A stretch of 64,000 bases of DNA from positions 2,048,001-2,112,000 of the forward strand of contig OY970296.1 in NCBI GenBank assembly GCA_963716175.1, in the 5' to 3' direction. The notes beneath the pieces are model-generated. The model was given only the letters and a program-made list of their open reading frames with translations. It made no database searches and had not been told where the DNA came from. Shown here piece by piece: positions 50,144 through 59,987 of this stretch. The position numbers were made by a program, and so were the translations under genes. Positions within the stretch are counted from its first letter, which is position 1, and every line of letters starts with the position of its first letter. Source of the stretch: an uncultured Armatimonadetes bacterium. GTDB lineage: Bacteria > Armatimonadota > Hebobacteria > Hebobacterales > Hebobacteraceae.

Positions 50144-51127
50144 ATGGGTGAAGAGCTGCTGCAATGGGAACGGGAAATGCTCGCGCAACATCGCTGGGGC
50201 GTGCAGGGAGAGGTCGTCGAAAAAGAACACACGCGGCTGCGGAGGTTGTACGACAGAGCCGCCCCCTTAGACGAGGACTGCAAAGGCCTCGTGGAGCAGA
50301 TCGTGGCACTGGAGATCTGCAATTGGCGGCTAGAGGAGAGCCTGCTGGCGCTCTGTGAGGCCATCGGCTCAAAGCGTCCGGTGCCGTGGACAATCGGACA
50401 CAAGGCCTCCGTCACGCCGGAGCGCTGGGATCGGATCTGGGCCTACTACCTGTCACTGCGCGAGTGGCTCGCCGAGGGGCCGCGCCAATGCCGCGCCTAC
50501 CCTACCTTGTCAGCCAAATGCGATGCCGAGGGCGAGATCCAGCGGCATGTGCGGGAGATGCTGGGAGAACCGGACGAGGTCAAGCGACTGCGCGTCGAGC
50601 GCCTCTGCTTGCACGTGGAGTTCTGGCTGGATGGACTCCCGGGGGACAACCAGCCGCGCAAGAAGGCGCTGGAGGCCGCCGCAGCCGCGATCGATGCGGA
50701 GATCGAGGCCCGCGCCGAGAACGCAGAGGAGTTTGAGCACGCAGAGCGCGGTTTCGGCCAGCGTATGAGACTGGTTGACAACGGCCAGCTCCACCCCTGC
50801 CACCACAAACTGTTCCGCCGCTACGACATTCTCATCTCTAGCATTGGCTGCGGCAAGTGGCGAGGCGCTATGCCCTACAGAGGCACCGACGGCTTCCAGC
50901 GGGCCGAGACGCTGGAGGAATACCTGGCGCCGGTCACTTCCTGGATTGATGGTGCGTCATCTCCGAGCAAAGGTGGCGACGCCGAACTGGCCGCAACTAT
51001 CCACGACTTGCTGGGCCGGCGGGACGATGTGAAGGCGTTCCTGGCTTCGCTGCTCGTTTCATTGCTGCGGTCGCAGCAGCTACTAGCCCGGCAGCAGGCG
51101 GAGGAGGCCGCGCAGAAAGCACCATGA
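50144..51127 (+). CDS. Hypothetical protein
   Basis: 327-aa ORF with GAGGAG RBS and protein-like composition. Confidence 0.7.
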   Translation: MGEELLQWEREMLAQHRWGVQGEVVEKEHTRLRRLYDRAAPLDEDCKGLVEQIVALEICNWRLEESLLALCEAIGSKRPVPWTIGHKASVTPERWDRIWAYYLSLREWLAEGPRQCRAYPTLSAKCDAEGEIQRHVREMLGEPDEVKRLRVERLCLHVEFWLDGLPGDNQPRKKALEAAAAAIDAEIEARAENAEEFEHAERGFGQRMRLVDNGQLHPCHHKLFRRYDILISSIGCGKWRGAMPYRGTDGFQRAETLEEYLAPVTSWIDGASSPSKGGDAELAATIHDLLGRRDDVKAFLASLLVSLLRSQQLLARQQAEEAAQKAP

Positions 51128-51224
51128 AGGCACGGCGCTCAAGATTGGCCGGCACCGTCTTGGCTGGCTTCTCGGGCTTGTGTGATTGCTCGCCGCGACG
51201 AGGCACGCCAGCCATCGGACGAGG

Positions 51225-51332
51225 GAGCGCGTTTCGGGATGGGCATTCGCTAGAGCAAACCGTCCTGGGATCGAAACCCCCGACCTCGTCCACATCTGGA
51301 GACGGTTCGATCCTGGGTAACGCTTCCCCACT
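51225..51332 (+). repeat. Family B repeat, diverged copy
   Basis: agcgcgtttcg..ctag..caaac..cctg..cgaa..cgtccaca..ggaga..ttcg..cccact colinear with the other two copies. Confidence 0.55.
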
Positions 51333-51496
51333 GTCTTCGAAATCCACTCATTCTCCGGTCTCGTCCGATGGCGGAGAGAGTGCGATGCCAGGCTACTTTC
51401 CTCCACCGAAGTGACACAGTCGAACCATGCTCAGAGGTGGACGCCGTCATCTTCCGCGGCAAAGGCGACGGCAATGCTGCCGTCGCCTCCATATCC

Positions 51497-51572
51497 TGGT
51501 GCCGAGTCCCAGAGTCGAACTGGGGACGCCGGGATTTTCAGTCCCGCGCTCTACCACCTGAGCTAACCCGGC
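51497..51572 (-). tRNA. trnF: tRNA-Phe (GAA)
   Basis: GCCGGGTTAGCTCAGGTGGTAGAGC..CGGGACTGAAAATCCCG..GTTCGACTC..CTCGGCACCA cloverleaf, 76 nt, encoded CCA. Confidence 0.97.
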
Positions 51573-51634
51573 ACGCGAATCTCGATCCTCGGTTCAGGTA
51601 TGCTGGCGTCTGGCGTAAGCTCTACCACCTGAGC

Positions 51635-51712
51635 CCTCCCAGCACAGGGATCTTCGCGATCGCTGCGAATACCATCCTTGGCGCTGTGGGGTGCCAGATG
51701 AGTTCCTGGGCG
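51635..51712 (+). repeat. Family A repeat, partial R1 arm
   Basis: cctcccagcacaggga...gcgatcgc..gaata...gccagatgagttcctgg. Confidence 0.65.
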
Positions 51713-51726
51713 CTGCGGGGAGAGGA

Positions 51727-53052
51727 ATGTACAAGATGGCAGGAGGCTTGACGGCATGCGTGCTGTTAGCGCTTGCCTTCGGCTGCGCATTCGCTGATGC
51801 GAGCGCAGCAGCGCCACGAAGGGCAGGAGCGGGCGTGGAGCTGGCAGAGCAGCAGATTCTGGCAGGCGCGGGTCAGCGCATCGAGAGACGGCGCAAGGCC
51901 GACGCGGCGGTCCGCGTGGTAGATGCGGAAGGCAAGCCCGTGGCCGGCGCTCGAGTGAAGGTCGAGCAGGTCAGCCACGAGTTCCTGTTCGGCTGCAACG
52001 CCTTCCCGGTGCTGGGCTACGACGACCCGAAGATGGAGGAAACGTACGAACGAGAGTTCAGCGCGCTTCTGAACTACGCGACGCTCGGGTTCTACTGGGG
52101 AGCGTATGAGTACGAGCAAGGCAGGCCTCAGGAGGCCCGGCTCAGGCGGCAGGCGGAATGGTGTCGCGATCACGGGCTCGCGACAAAGGGGCACCCGCTC
52201 GTGTGGCACGAGGTCTACCCCAACTGGGGGCCGTCTGATCCAGACGACACGCGGGAGCGGCTGCGCGCCCGCGTCAGCGAGATCGTGTCAGGATTCGCCG
52301 GCCTCATTGACCGCTGGGATGTCGTGAACGAGGCGACGGTGTCGGCGACTGTGGACAACGGGGTCGGCCACTGGGCGAAGCGCGACGGCGCGGCGGCAAT
52401 AGTGGCGGAATCGCTGCGATGGGCGCGAATGGCAAACCCATTGGCAACCCTGCTCTACAACGATTACAACATCGGGGCGGACTTCGAGAAGCTGGTGGCT
52501 AACCTGATCGCGGCCGGCGCGCCGCTTGATGCAATCGGCATTCAGAGTCACATGCACGGGGGCGAGTGGCCCGTCCCCAAGGTCTGGGAGACGTGCGAGA
52601 CCTATGCGCGGTTCGGCAAGCGGCTGCACTTCACCGAAGTCACGGTCCTTTCCGGAGAGCACGGCTGGAAGCGCAGCCCCTGGCCGACGACGCCGGAGGG
52701 CGAGGCGCTCCAGGCCGACTATGTGGAGAAGCTGTACACCGTGCTGTTTTCCCACCCGGCGGTCGAGGCTATCACTTGGTGGGATTTCATGGACGGCGGC
52801 TGGCAGGGCGCGCCCGCCGGCCTCGTGCATGCGGATCTGACACCGAAGCTGGTGTACGAGCGCCTGATGAAGCTGATCAAAGGGAAGTGGTGGACCAACC
52901 TGGAGACGCAGACCGAAGAGGCAGGCGTCGCTCGCTTCCGCGGGTTCCTCGGCCACTACTGCGTCACGGTCTCGACACCGGCCGGCGACATCGTGCGCGA
53001 GATGGACCTCAGGCGCAACACGGACAATACACTGACCATAGCCGCGACCTAG
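51727..53052 (+). CDS. GH10 family glycoside hydrolase (endo-1,4-beta-xylanase-like), secreted
   Basis: KGHPLVW, WDVVNE, NDYN, GIQSHMH, FTE and ITWWDF motifs. Confidence 0.9.
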   Translation: MYKMAGGLTACVLLALAFGCAFADASAAAPRRAGAGVELAEQQILAGAGQRIERRRKADAAVRVVDAEGKPVAGARVKVEQVSHEFLFGCNAFPVLGYDDPKMEETYEREFSALLNYATLGFYWGAYEYEQGRPQEARLRRQAEWCRDHGLATKGHPLVWHEVYPNWGPSDPDDTRERLRARVSEIVSGFAGLIDRWDVVNEATVSATVDNGVGHWAKRDGAAAIVAESLRWARMANPLATLLYNDYNIGADFEKLVANLIAAGAPLDAIGIQSHMHGGEWPVPKVWETCETYARFGKRLHFTEVTVLSGEHGWKRSPWPTTPEGEALQADYVEKLYTVLFSHPAVEAITWWDFMDGGWQGAPAGLVHADLTPKLVYERLMKLIKGKWWTNLETQTEEAGVARFRGFLGHYCVTVSTPAGDIVREMDLRRNTDNTLTIAAT

Positions 53053-53113
53053 CGACTGAGGTCCACCGCCTGGCTGCAGGGCCTCCTTACCCCGCTCTGA
53101 ACCTGCGACCTCG

Positions 53114-53200
53114 TGTCCGTGTCAGCCGCCCGTGAGGCCGTCCCAGAGCGCCCCCAGCTCCGGCTACCTCTCCGGCCTAGGACCACTGCCGGGCAACAGC
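53114..53200 (+). repeat. Family A repeat, L1 + degenerate core
   Basis: tgtccgtgtcagccgcccgtgaggccg...ctccggctacctctccggc. Confidence 0.7.
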
Positions 53201-53372
53201 GCGTCTGGCAGCGATGCCCTGTTGCTCTGTCGCAAGTCCCACGAAGATGGGACCCGCCCCTAGGACCGTGGGCTCATTCGCCCCTGAGTCGCCGATGGTA
53301 TGGTATGCGCAGCGCCCAGTTGGCGCCCAGACCCGAATGCCGAGATCCACCCGGGTCAAGGGAGAAGCATCA

Positions 53373-54395
53373 ATGGCTGAGCACGAGCCGTCCGGCGAGC
53401 AGCACTCGGTAGGAAGCGCGGCACCAGGCCCCAGGCTACGCGCCATCGCCTGGTGGCGGTTCGGGGTTGCTGGCGCAGCGCTGGTTGTGATGGCCCTTCT
53501 GACGCTGTGGGGCTGGCGCGAGGCGCAGAAGGGGTGCATGTCGGGTCTTGCGCTCTTGGCAGCGCTCCTGGTGGACGCGGTCCTTCTGCCCTCCTTCGTG
53601 CTTCCGTCGTTGGTCATCGCCTGGCGCCTTCCCCGGCGCCCCCGCCCGGCAGTCCGGCTGGCCCTCCTTCACGATCTGGTGATAGTGATTGTCTCGGTTC
53701 TGGTGGTCATCTCCCTCTTGCGCCAACCCTGGGGATGGGAGCCGCTGGGACTGCTTAGGGACTCCGCCCCCTGGGTGGGACTCGGCCTCGTCTTTGGGGC
53801 CGAGGGCGGATACCTTCTGCGTGCGGTGGTGAGGTGGCGACCGGCCTGGCCCGCTTACGGGCTCCTCGCTGCTGGCCTGGTCGCGGCAGTCACGGTCATT
53901 CCGAGGGTCGTCCATGCCCAACGGGCGCGACACGTCCGGCCGCTCCTCGCCTACATGAACGCTCACTGGGTCAAAGTCCCACCCAGCGCTCGCCTGAGGC
54001 TGGGAGGACGCAGCACCGGCCCCGGCACACACACAGACTACATCTCGGTACAGGGGCAGGACACCTTCTGGCATGTCTCGGCCGAACACGGTCGCGACGG
54101 ACGGTGGGCATTCCCCGTGCCTCACAAGATCGATTTCCCCACGTTTTCAGGCGGCCCCTACCCAGGCACTTCAGGGCGCGTCTCATCCTTCGATCAGGCG
54201 AAGGCGCTGTTGCTACGGTGCGGTGTGGCGGATCCGGGTCTCCGCCCAAAGCGAGTGATCACAGGCAGCGTCGCCGAGTACGAGCTCTGGTCGCCGCTGG
54301 GCCAGGGATACTATCGGGTGACCCAGGCCGTCTACATCAGGTTCTTCCTCCAACACCCGCTGACGGTGCCGTCGCGTCCGCCTGGGACAGCATGA
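53373..54395 (+). CDS. Hypothetical membrane protein
   Basis: About five TM segments then a soluble C-terminus; GGGAG RBS. Confidence 0.6.
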   Translation: MAEHEPSGEQHSVGSAAPGPRLRAIAWWRFGVAGAALVVMALLTLWGWREAQKGCMSGLALLAALLVDAVLLPSFVLPSLVIAWRLPRRPRPAVRLALLHDLVIVIVSVLVVISLLRQPWGWEPLGLLRDSAPWVGLGLVFGAEGGYLLRAVVRWRPAWPAYGLLAAGLVAAVTVIPRVVHAQRARHVRPLLAYMNAHWVKVPPSARLRLGGRSTGPGTHTDYISVQGQDTFWHVSAEHGRDGRWAFPVPHKIDFPTFSGGPYPGTSGRVSSFDQAKALLLRCGVADPGLRPKRVITGSVAEYELWSPLGQGYYRVTQAVYIRFFLQHPLTVPSRPPGTA

Positions 54396-54481
54396 CCTCT
54401 GGGCATTCCAGACTGGGAGCAGCAGTCAGTGCTATCGCGGCGACTGCCACAGGACGAGCCGCGAGCTGCACCAACCTCCGA

Positions 54482-55151
54482 CTAGAGCGCGCAGCGATTC
54501 GCCGGCAGATCGGCAACCTGGGCCTGCAGATCCTCGACCTCCAGGTGGGTGTAACGCTGGGTTGTCGTCACCCAGGCGTGGCCCAGCAACTCCTGCACCG
54601 CCCGGAGATTGGGCCGGGCGCGTAGGGCGTGGGTGGCGAATGCGCCAGAGGCGCATGAAGGTGTGGCGCAGCAGGTGGGGGCCGGAGCGATCGGTGATGC
54701 CGGCCGCCCGCAGATCCCGATTCACCAACAGCGCAACGCCGCGTACGCAGAAGCGGTGCCCGCTGCGATTCAGAATGAGTGCGGGCTCAGTACCCTCGCG
54801 GTCTGAGAGATAGGCCAGCAGCGCGTCGGCGGCGGGGCGGTTGATGGGCAGCCGACATAGCCTCCGCCCTTTGCCCACCACCTGCAGGGCGCCCCAACCC
54901 TCGGCGGGCAGGCGCAGGTCCTCCCTGCTCAGGGCGCACAGTTCCCCCACTCGCAGACCGGTGTTGTAGAGCAGCATCAGGATGGCGCGGTCCCGCCGGC
55001 CCGTGGGCGTATCGGGGGAGGGCAGGGAGAGCAGGCGCTGGACCTCCTCGACCGTGAGATGCTTGGGCGCCAGCGATGGACCGAGGCGGATGGAGCGCAG
55101 CGCCTGCGCGGGGTTGGTCTCCAGTCGGCCTTCTTCAAAGAGGAAGCGGCA
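54482..55151 (-). pseudogene. Tyrosine recombinase (XerC/D-like) catalytic domain, N-terminally truncated and frameshifted
   Basis: RDRAIL.LLY.TGLRVGEL, GKG and PHLLRHTF, then after a 19-nt insertion ATH..VQELLGH..TTQRYTH. Confidence 0.9.
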
Positions 55152-55448
55152 GGCCGAACGATCCGTGGTACTCGGTTTCGCGCAGCATCGCCTCGTGGGT
55201 GGCCCGCACCATCGTCGGGTCGGTTCCGAGCGCCACCGGCGCGAGCTCGCGCTCGACCAGCGCCGCCAACGTCTCCGGCCCGCCCACGATGCGGCCGAAG
55301 TACACATCTCCTCGCCCCGCGATCCCCTCGTCGGTCTCGATGCGCACCTCCACCGTCCCCGCGCCCCCCAGCACCTGCAGTGCATCGCGAAGGGGGTCAG
55401 GGGCGGGGGACGGGGGTGAGGCACGGCGTTGATCTTCGTGACCTTCAT
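55152..55448 (-). pseudogene. Mandelate racemase/enolase superfamily N-terminal fragment
   Basis: MKVTKI, VEVRIETDEGIAGRG and LAPVALGTDP motifs; frameshifted and abutting the recombinase fragment. Confidence 0.7.
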
Positions 55449-55862
55449 CTCCCAGTTCCTCCCAACGCAGCCCCCAGCGCTCGACCATCGTGATGTACTG
55501 AAACTGATCTGGGGGTTTCTTCGGCAGGTGCCGAGCGGGACCTGCCCTCTCGCGTGGTTGGTGGGCCAGGTTTCGGATGGCTCCCACGTCGCCATGGTGA
55601 GCCCCGCAACGCCACGCCAGGCGCGCAGCTGCGGCGCCAGATGATGTCGCGGGCTCACAACTCCATCAAGCTGCGAGGCGGCAGAAGTCGTTGATCAGGC
55701 CGTCGAGTGCCGGCCGGGCAACGATCTTGCCCTCGCACGGATACGCGTCCGGTGTCCTCTCTAGAAGCTCCATCCTGGCGCCGCGACCGGAGGCGCGGGT
55801 CCATTAGAGCAGGAGATGGGGGTCGAGCAGGGTTGATGCCCATCACGCGGAAGCATCCCAAA

Positions 55863-55990
55863 CGACGGCCCCGGGCACCCCCGGCTCCGGCTACCCCCTC
55901 GGCTGGGAGGCAATGTCCGGCGTCCTGTCACCAATGATGAACAGCGCCGGCGCTGATACGGGATGCGACCCTCCCTCGGTTAGCCCGCTC
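55863..55990 (+). repeat. Family A repeat, L2 + core (+ degenerate R2)
   Basis: cgacggccccgggcacccccggctccggctaccccctcggctgggaggcaatgtccgg. Confidence 0.8.
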
Positions 55991-56254
55991 GCCGGGTGCT
56001 CGACGGCAGGCCCCTTCCTCGGCACGCAGACCGAAGTTCCAGCCCCTTCCACGTGTAGCTATCGTCCAGGGACGTGGCGGAGTGCCCATCAGACACCGGA
56101 GCATGCCCCCACGCTAACGTTGGGGCGGTTCTGGGGTGCAGTAACCACTTCGCACGCGCCCTTGTTCGGCAGTCCTGAACTCCTACAGCGGGATGCGCCT
56201 GGAGGGAGCCACCTGCCCTCAGCGAAGTGGGCAGGTGGGGCGGAGGGAGGTCCC

Positions 56255-57430
56255 ATGGCAGCACGCGATGATAGCTATGATGTCCTGGTCTGCGGGGGCG
56301 GCATCGCAGGCGTGGCCGCCGCGCTGGAGGCGGCGAGGTCGGGTCAGCGCACCGCGCTGCTGGAGAAGACGATCCTCCTCGGCGGCCTCGCCACTGCGGG
56401 CCTGATCTGGGGTTATCCTCCCCTCTACGACGCCAATGGCACCAAGGTCACCGCCGGTCTGGCGGAGGAACTGCTGCAACTGGCGTGCCGTTACGGGCCA
56501 GGCGGCACCGATCCCTCTCGCCTGGGCGTGGACTGGACTATCTTCTCGCCGGCGGCCTTCGTCCTCGCCCTGGACGAAGCGCTGCTGGGGGCGGGGGTGG
56601 AGATCTGGTTGGACACCCTCGTCTGCCAGCCGGTGATGGAGGGGAACTGTGTCAGGGGCGTGGAGGCAGAGACAAAGGCCGGCCGGGTTACGCTCACGGC
56701 GCGCGTCATCATCGATGCCACTGGCGACGCTGACATCGCCCACCGGTCCGGGGCAGCGTGCGTGACGGCTGGCAATCTCATGGCGATGTGGGCACTCCAG
56801 GCATCCCTGGCGCGCGCTCGTCAGGCGGTTGAGAAGCAGGATGGCGCTCAGGTGATGGAGATGCTCATCCTCGGAGACAGCCTCCTCGACCGAGAAGCCT
56901 GGAAGAGGGCCAAAACGTGGACCGGCCTAGACGCGCGGGGTGTGACCGCCTTCGTGCTGGCCGGTCGCCGCCTGCTGCGCGAGCGGATCGCCGAGGCGCA
57001 GTCCTCGGGCGCCCGAAGCGACCAGTACCCGCTCATGCTGCCCGCACTGGCTCAGTTCCGGACCACGCGGCGGATCGTGGGCCGCGCCACCATAGCGCCA
57101 GGAGAGCACGACCGGCCGCGGCCGGACTCCATCGGAATGGTGGCGGACTGGCGGGCGCCAGAGCATGTGTGGGAGATCCCCTACGGCGCGCTGGTTCCTG
57201 ATGGGGTCCGCGGCCTGCTCGTCGCCGGACGCTGTATCGCCACTGAAGAGGACCCGTGGGAAGCCACCCGGGTAATCACTCCGGTGGCGGTGACCGGACA
57301 GGCGGCCGGCCTAGCGGCAGCACTGGCGGTGGCGCAAGGCGTGAGCCCCAGCGATGTGCCCGCCGACGCTATCCAGGCACAACTCGAGGCGCGGGGTATT
57401 CCCTACCACCGAAGTGGACCTGGCCGTTAA
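56255..57430 (+). CDS. FAD-dependent oxidoreductase
   Basis: DVLVCGGGIAG, LGGLAT.G, IDATGDAD, RRI.G and IPYGALVP..LLVAGRC motifs. Confidence 0.9.
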   Translation: MAARDDSYDVLVCGGGIAGVAAALEAARSGQRTALLEKTILLGGLATAGLIWGYPPLYDANGTKVTAGLAEELLQLACRYGPGGTDPSRLGVDWTIFSPAAFVLALDEALLGAGVEIWLDTLVCQPVMEGNCVRGVEAETKAGRVTLTARVIIDATGDADIAHRSGAACVTAGNLMAMWALQASLARARQAVEKQDGAQVMEMLILGDSLLDREAWKRAKTWTGLDARGVTAFVLAGRRLLRERIAEAQSSGARSDQYPLMLPALAQFRTTRRIVGRATIAPGEHDRPRPDSIGMVADWRAPEHVWEIPYGALVPDGVRGLLVAGRCIATEEDPWEATRVITPVAVTGQAAGLAAALAVAQGVSPSDVPADAIQAQLEARGIPYHRSGPGR

Positions 57431-57589
57431 GGGCGGCGGCGTGCGGCTCAAGCTCGTGTGCATCATCCATGCCCCGTCCGCGCGTCCCGGGCTTCGGCCT
57501 CTGGCCGCCCGGTGGGGCAGGCACACACGATGGCACGGTGAGTTCAGTAGATGGTGAGGCCCGCCCGGTCGCATCCTCTGCCGCCGCCA

Positions 57590-57693
57590 TTCTGAATCCT
57601 CTATGCCTCCCAGCACAGGTGTATCGACGAGGGGAGAGAATGCCACGAGAGAGGCTGCACGAGCACCCTGGGAGCTGGATGAGTTTCTGGACA
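57590..57693 (+). repeat. Family A repeat, R1 arm
   Basis: atcctctatgcctcccagcacagg...ccctgggagctggatgagtttctggaca. Confidence 0.8.
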
Positions 57694-57699
57694 TGACGC

Positions 57700-57863
57700 G
57701 AGGCATGGCAGGGGACGAGTGCCGGAGGCCCTGCCCAGTCCGATCCCCGATCGCATCTCCGCCCATCCTCGGCGTCTCCCAGCACAGGGGTGTCAGCGAG
57801 TGCAGAGAAGAGCACGACTGAGGCTAGGCTAGCGCCTTGGGGGACAGATAGGGTTCTGGACAG
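57700..57863 (+). repeat. Family A repeat, middle + R1 arm (tandem to the previous copy)
   Basis: gcccatcctcggcgtctcccagcacaggggtgtcagcga...cagatagggttctggacag. Confidence 0.8.
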
Positions 57864-57941
57864 AATGCGGTCCAGATCCCGCCCCCGGTGCGCTCGGACC
57901 AGAGCCTGCTCATTCTCGGAGTCTGGCGTGCCCGAGCTCAC

Positions 57942-58712
57942 ATGATCGACGCGGTGGTGTTGGCCGGCGGAGTAGACAAGGGCGACATCGCGGCCGGATT
58001 GGGCGTTGTCCACCGTCCTCTACTCGAGGTTGGCGGGCAGCCGATCGTTGAGCGCGTCCTCGGCGCCCTGCGGGGCGCCGCAGAAGTTGGCAAGGTTGCC
58101 CTGGTGGCGCCGCTCCCGGTGCAGGCTGCCGCCTCCGAGGAGGCGGTTGATGCCCGCGTTGTAGCCGGCGATAGCTATGTCGATAACATGGCTCGGGGAG
58201 TAGAGGCGACCAGCCCGGGCAGCGACCACCTGCTGATCATCACCGGCGATCTGCCTCTGATCACCCCGGCTGCTATAGACGACTTTGTGCGCCAATCGCT
58301 GGCTTCGCGCGCCGTGCTCTGTTACGCGATCATCCCGAAGGAGTCATCGGAGCGGCAGTTCCCGGGAGGCCAGCGGACCTACGTTCGCTTGCGCGAGGGT
58401 ACCTTTACAGGCGGCAACGCCATCGTAGTCACGCGCGACTTCGTCGAGCTGCACCGTCATCTCCTCGACCACCTCTTCGCGGTGCGCAAGAACCCGCTCA
58501 AGATGGCCTCGCTGCTCGGGGTTGGGTTCATCGTTGGGCTCCTCACTCACCGGCTCACATTGCCTCACATCGAAGCTCGCGTCGGCGCCATACTCGGCGC
58601 CCGGGCCGCCGCCGTCATCAGCACCTACCCGGAGCTGGGCTTCGATGTGGACAAGCTCGACGACCTCTACCTCTCCCGCCGCGTCGCCGACTCGTTCGAC
58701 TCGCGCCTCTGA
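57942..58712 (+). CDS. MobA-like NTP transferase / nucleotidyltransferase family protein
   Basis: DAVVLAGG, TGDLPLI, RTY..L.EG.FTGGN, RKNPLK and DVDK..D motifs. Confidence 0.85.
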   Translation: MIDAVVLAGGVDKGDIAAGLGVVHRPLLEVGGQPIVERVLGALRGAAEVGKVALVAPLPVQAAASEEAVDARVVAGDSYVDNMARGVEATSPGSDHLLIITGDLPLITPAAIDDFVRQSLASRAVLCYAIIPKESSERQFPGGQRTYVRLREGTFTGGNAIVVTRDFVELHRHLLDHLFAVRKNPLKMASLLGVGFIVGLLTHRLTLPHIEARVGAILGARAAAVISTYPELGFDVDKLDDLYLSRRVADSFDSRL

Positions 58713-58771
58713 GCCATCCCTAGTATTCCTGAGTATCTCGCAGCGCGCCTCGCGGTGAGGTGCCGTGCGCT

Positions 58772-59650
58772 CTACTGAATCCCGACGAAGAGGCGGAGGT
58801 AGTAATATGCGAACGGGCCGTTGGCCAGCAGACTGTCGAAGTGGTCCAGCACGCCGCCGTGTCCAGGCAGGATCGATCCCGAGTCCTTAACACCCGCCCA
58901 GCGCTTCAGCTTCGACTCCGCCAGATCGCCAAGCTGCCCAACCACACCCAGCGCGCATCCCAATGTCAATGCATGCCCGGTGGACAGACCGAGCCAGCGG
59001 CCGAGCCAGAGCGTAACCAGGGCCGAGGCGAACAGGCCCCCGAGGCTCCCCTCTATGGTCTTGCCCGGGCTCACGCTCGGCCAGAGCTTGTGCCTGCCCA
59101 CCATCTTGCCAACACCTAAGGCGGCACTATCGGTCGTCCAGCAGACGGCTACCACTAGGGCGAGCCAGCCCACACCCTGCGGAACCGAGATGCCTGCCAG
59201 CGCGAAGAAGCCGTGGGGCTCAAGGTACCGCAGGTAGATCAGGTGGCTGAACAGACCTGGAAGCAGCAGGGAGCCGACGAGGCCGACCGAGATGGTTGGC
59301 CACACTGCGTTGCGCGGGGCCGGTGCAGAACCGCGGCTGCGGGGCGCAAGCAACGCTATTAGCAGCGCAGAGGCGACCAGAAACCCGGTAAGGGGCGTCT
59401 CCGCGCGGGCAAGCGCAATCGCCGGGGCAAGCGCGGCGACGATATACCCGGGCCAGCGGATCCAGCCGGGCACATGGAAGGGAGCCGAAGGGCCCTCTGG
59501 CTGAGGGCCTACAGCTAGCTGATAGAACTCCCGCAGCCCAGGCACCACAAGGAGGACTACGAATGCGGTCAGCGGCCAGCTACCCAGATAGATCACCGCA
59601 AGTTCGATCGGTATGGCAACTGCAGCTGTCAGAAGTCTGTACCGGAGCAT
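58772..59650 (-). CDS. cdsA: Phosphatidate cytidylyltransferase
   Basis: SPGKTIEG and GDLAESKLKR.AGVKDSG.ILPGHGGVLD.FDS motifs. Confidence 0.93.
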   Translation of the reverse strand: MLRYRLLTAAVAIPIELAVIYLGSWPLTAFVVLLVVPGLREFYQLAVGPQPEGPSAPFHVPGWIRWPGYIVAALAPAIALARAETPLTGFLVASALLIALLAPRSRGSAPAPRNAVWPTISVGLVGSLLLPGLFSHLIYLRYLEPHGFFALAGISVPQGVGWLALVVAVCWTTDSAALGVGKMVGRHKLWPSVSPGKTIEGSLGGLFASALVTLWLGRWLGLSTGHALTLGCALGVVGQLGDLAESKLKRWAGVKDSGSILPGHGGVLDHFDSLLANGPFAYYYLRLFVGIQ

Positions 59651-59904
59651 CTGCTCGGCCCTCCCCCTAGCAGTCGCTTCACTCACTACCATCCAGGGTT
59701 TGGGTGGTAGCGGCCCGTAGTGTACCAGAACCAATCTGAGGTATCCACGAAGCCAGGCCCTCTGCTCCTGGGCGCCCCCGGGGTCGAATTCTCGCCACTA
59801 CTGCGACATCATCCAGCCCATGTTCCGGCGTGTGATGATAGGCTGTTCCTTCCCTCTGCCTGAGGTCTGGGCTCGTGTTCCGTGGCGAGCGGCTCCGCGC
59901 ATCC

Positions 59905-59987
59905 TTGAACAGGAGCACCAATGATCGTCCAGGATCCCATGACCTGCGCTCCTGTGGCGCTCCGGGAGGCGGGTGAGTCCCTGGACA
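59905..59987 (+). repeat. Family A repeat, degenerate R1 arm
   Basis: aacagg..atgatcg...gctccgggaggcgggtgagtccctggaca. Confidence 0.5.

Noticed and set aside
51497-51530. tRNA-Phe 3' end as the attachment site of a genomic island
   Set aside because: No duplicated 3' tRNA segment was found by eye within the window, and there is no intact adjacent integrase.
8438-59987. Family A as a CRISPR array
   Set aside because: Copies are kilobases apart, long, modular and diverged, with no regular repeat-spacer period and no cas genes.
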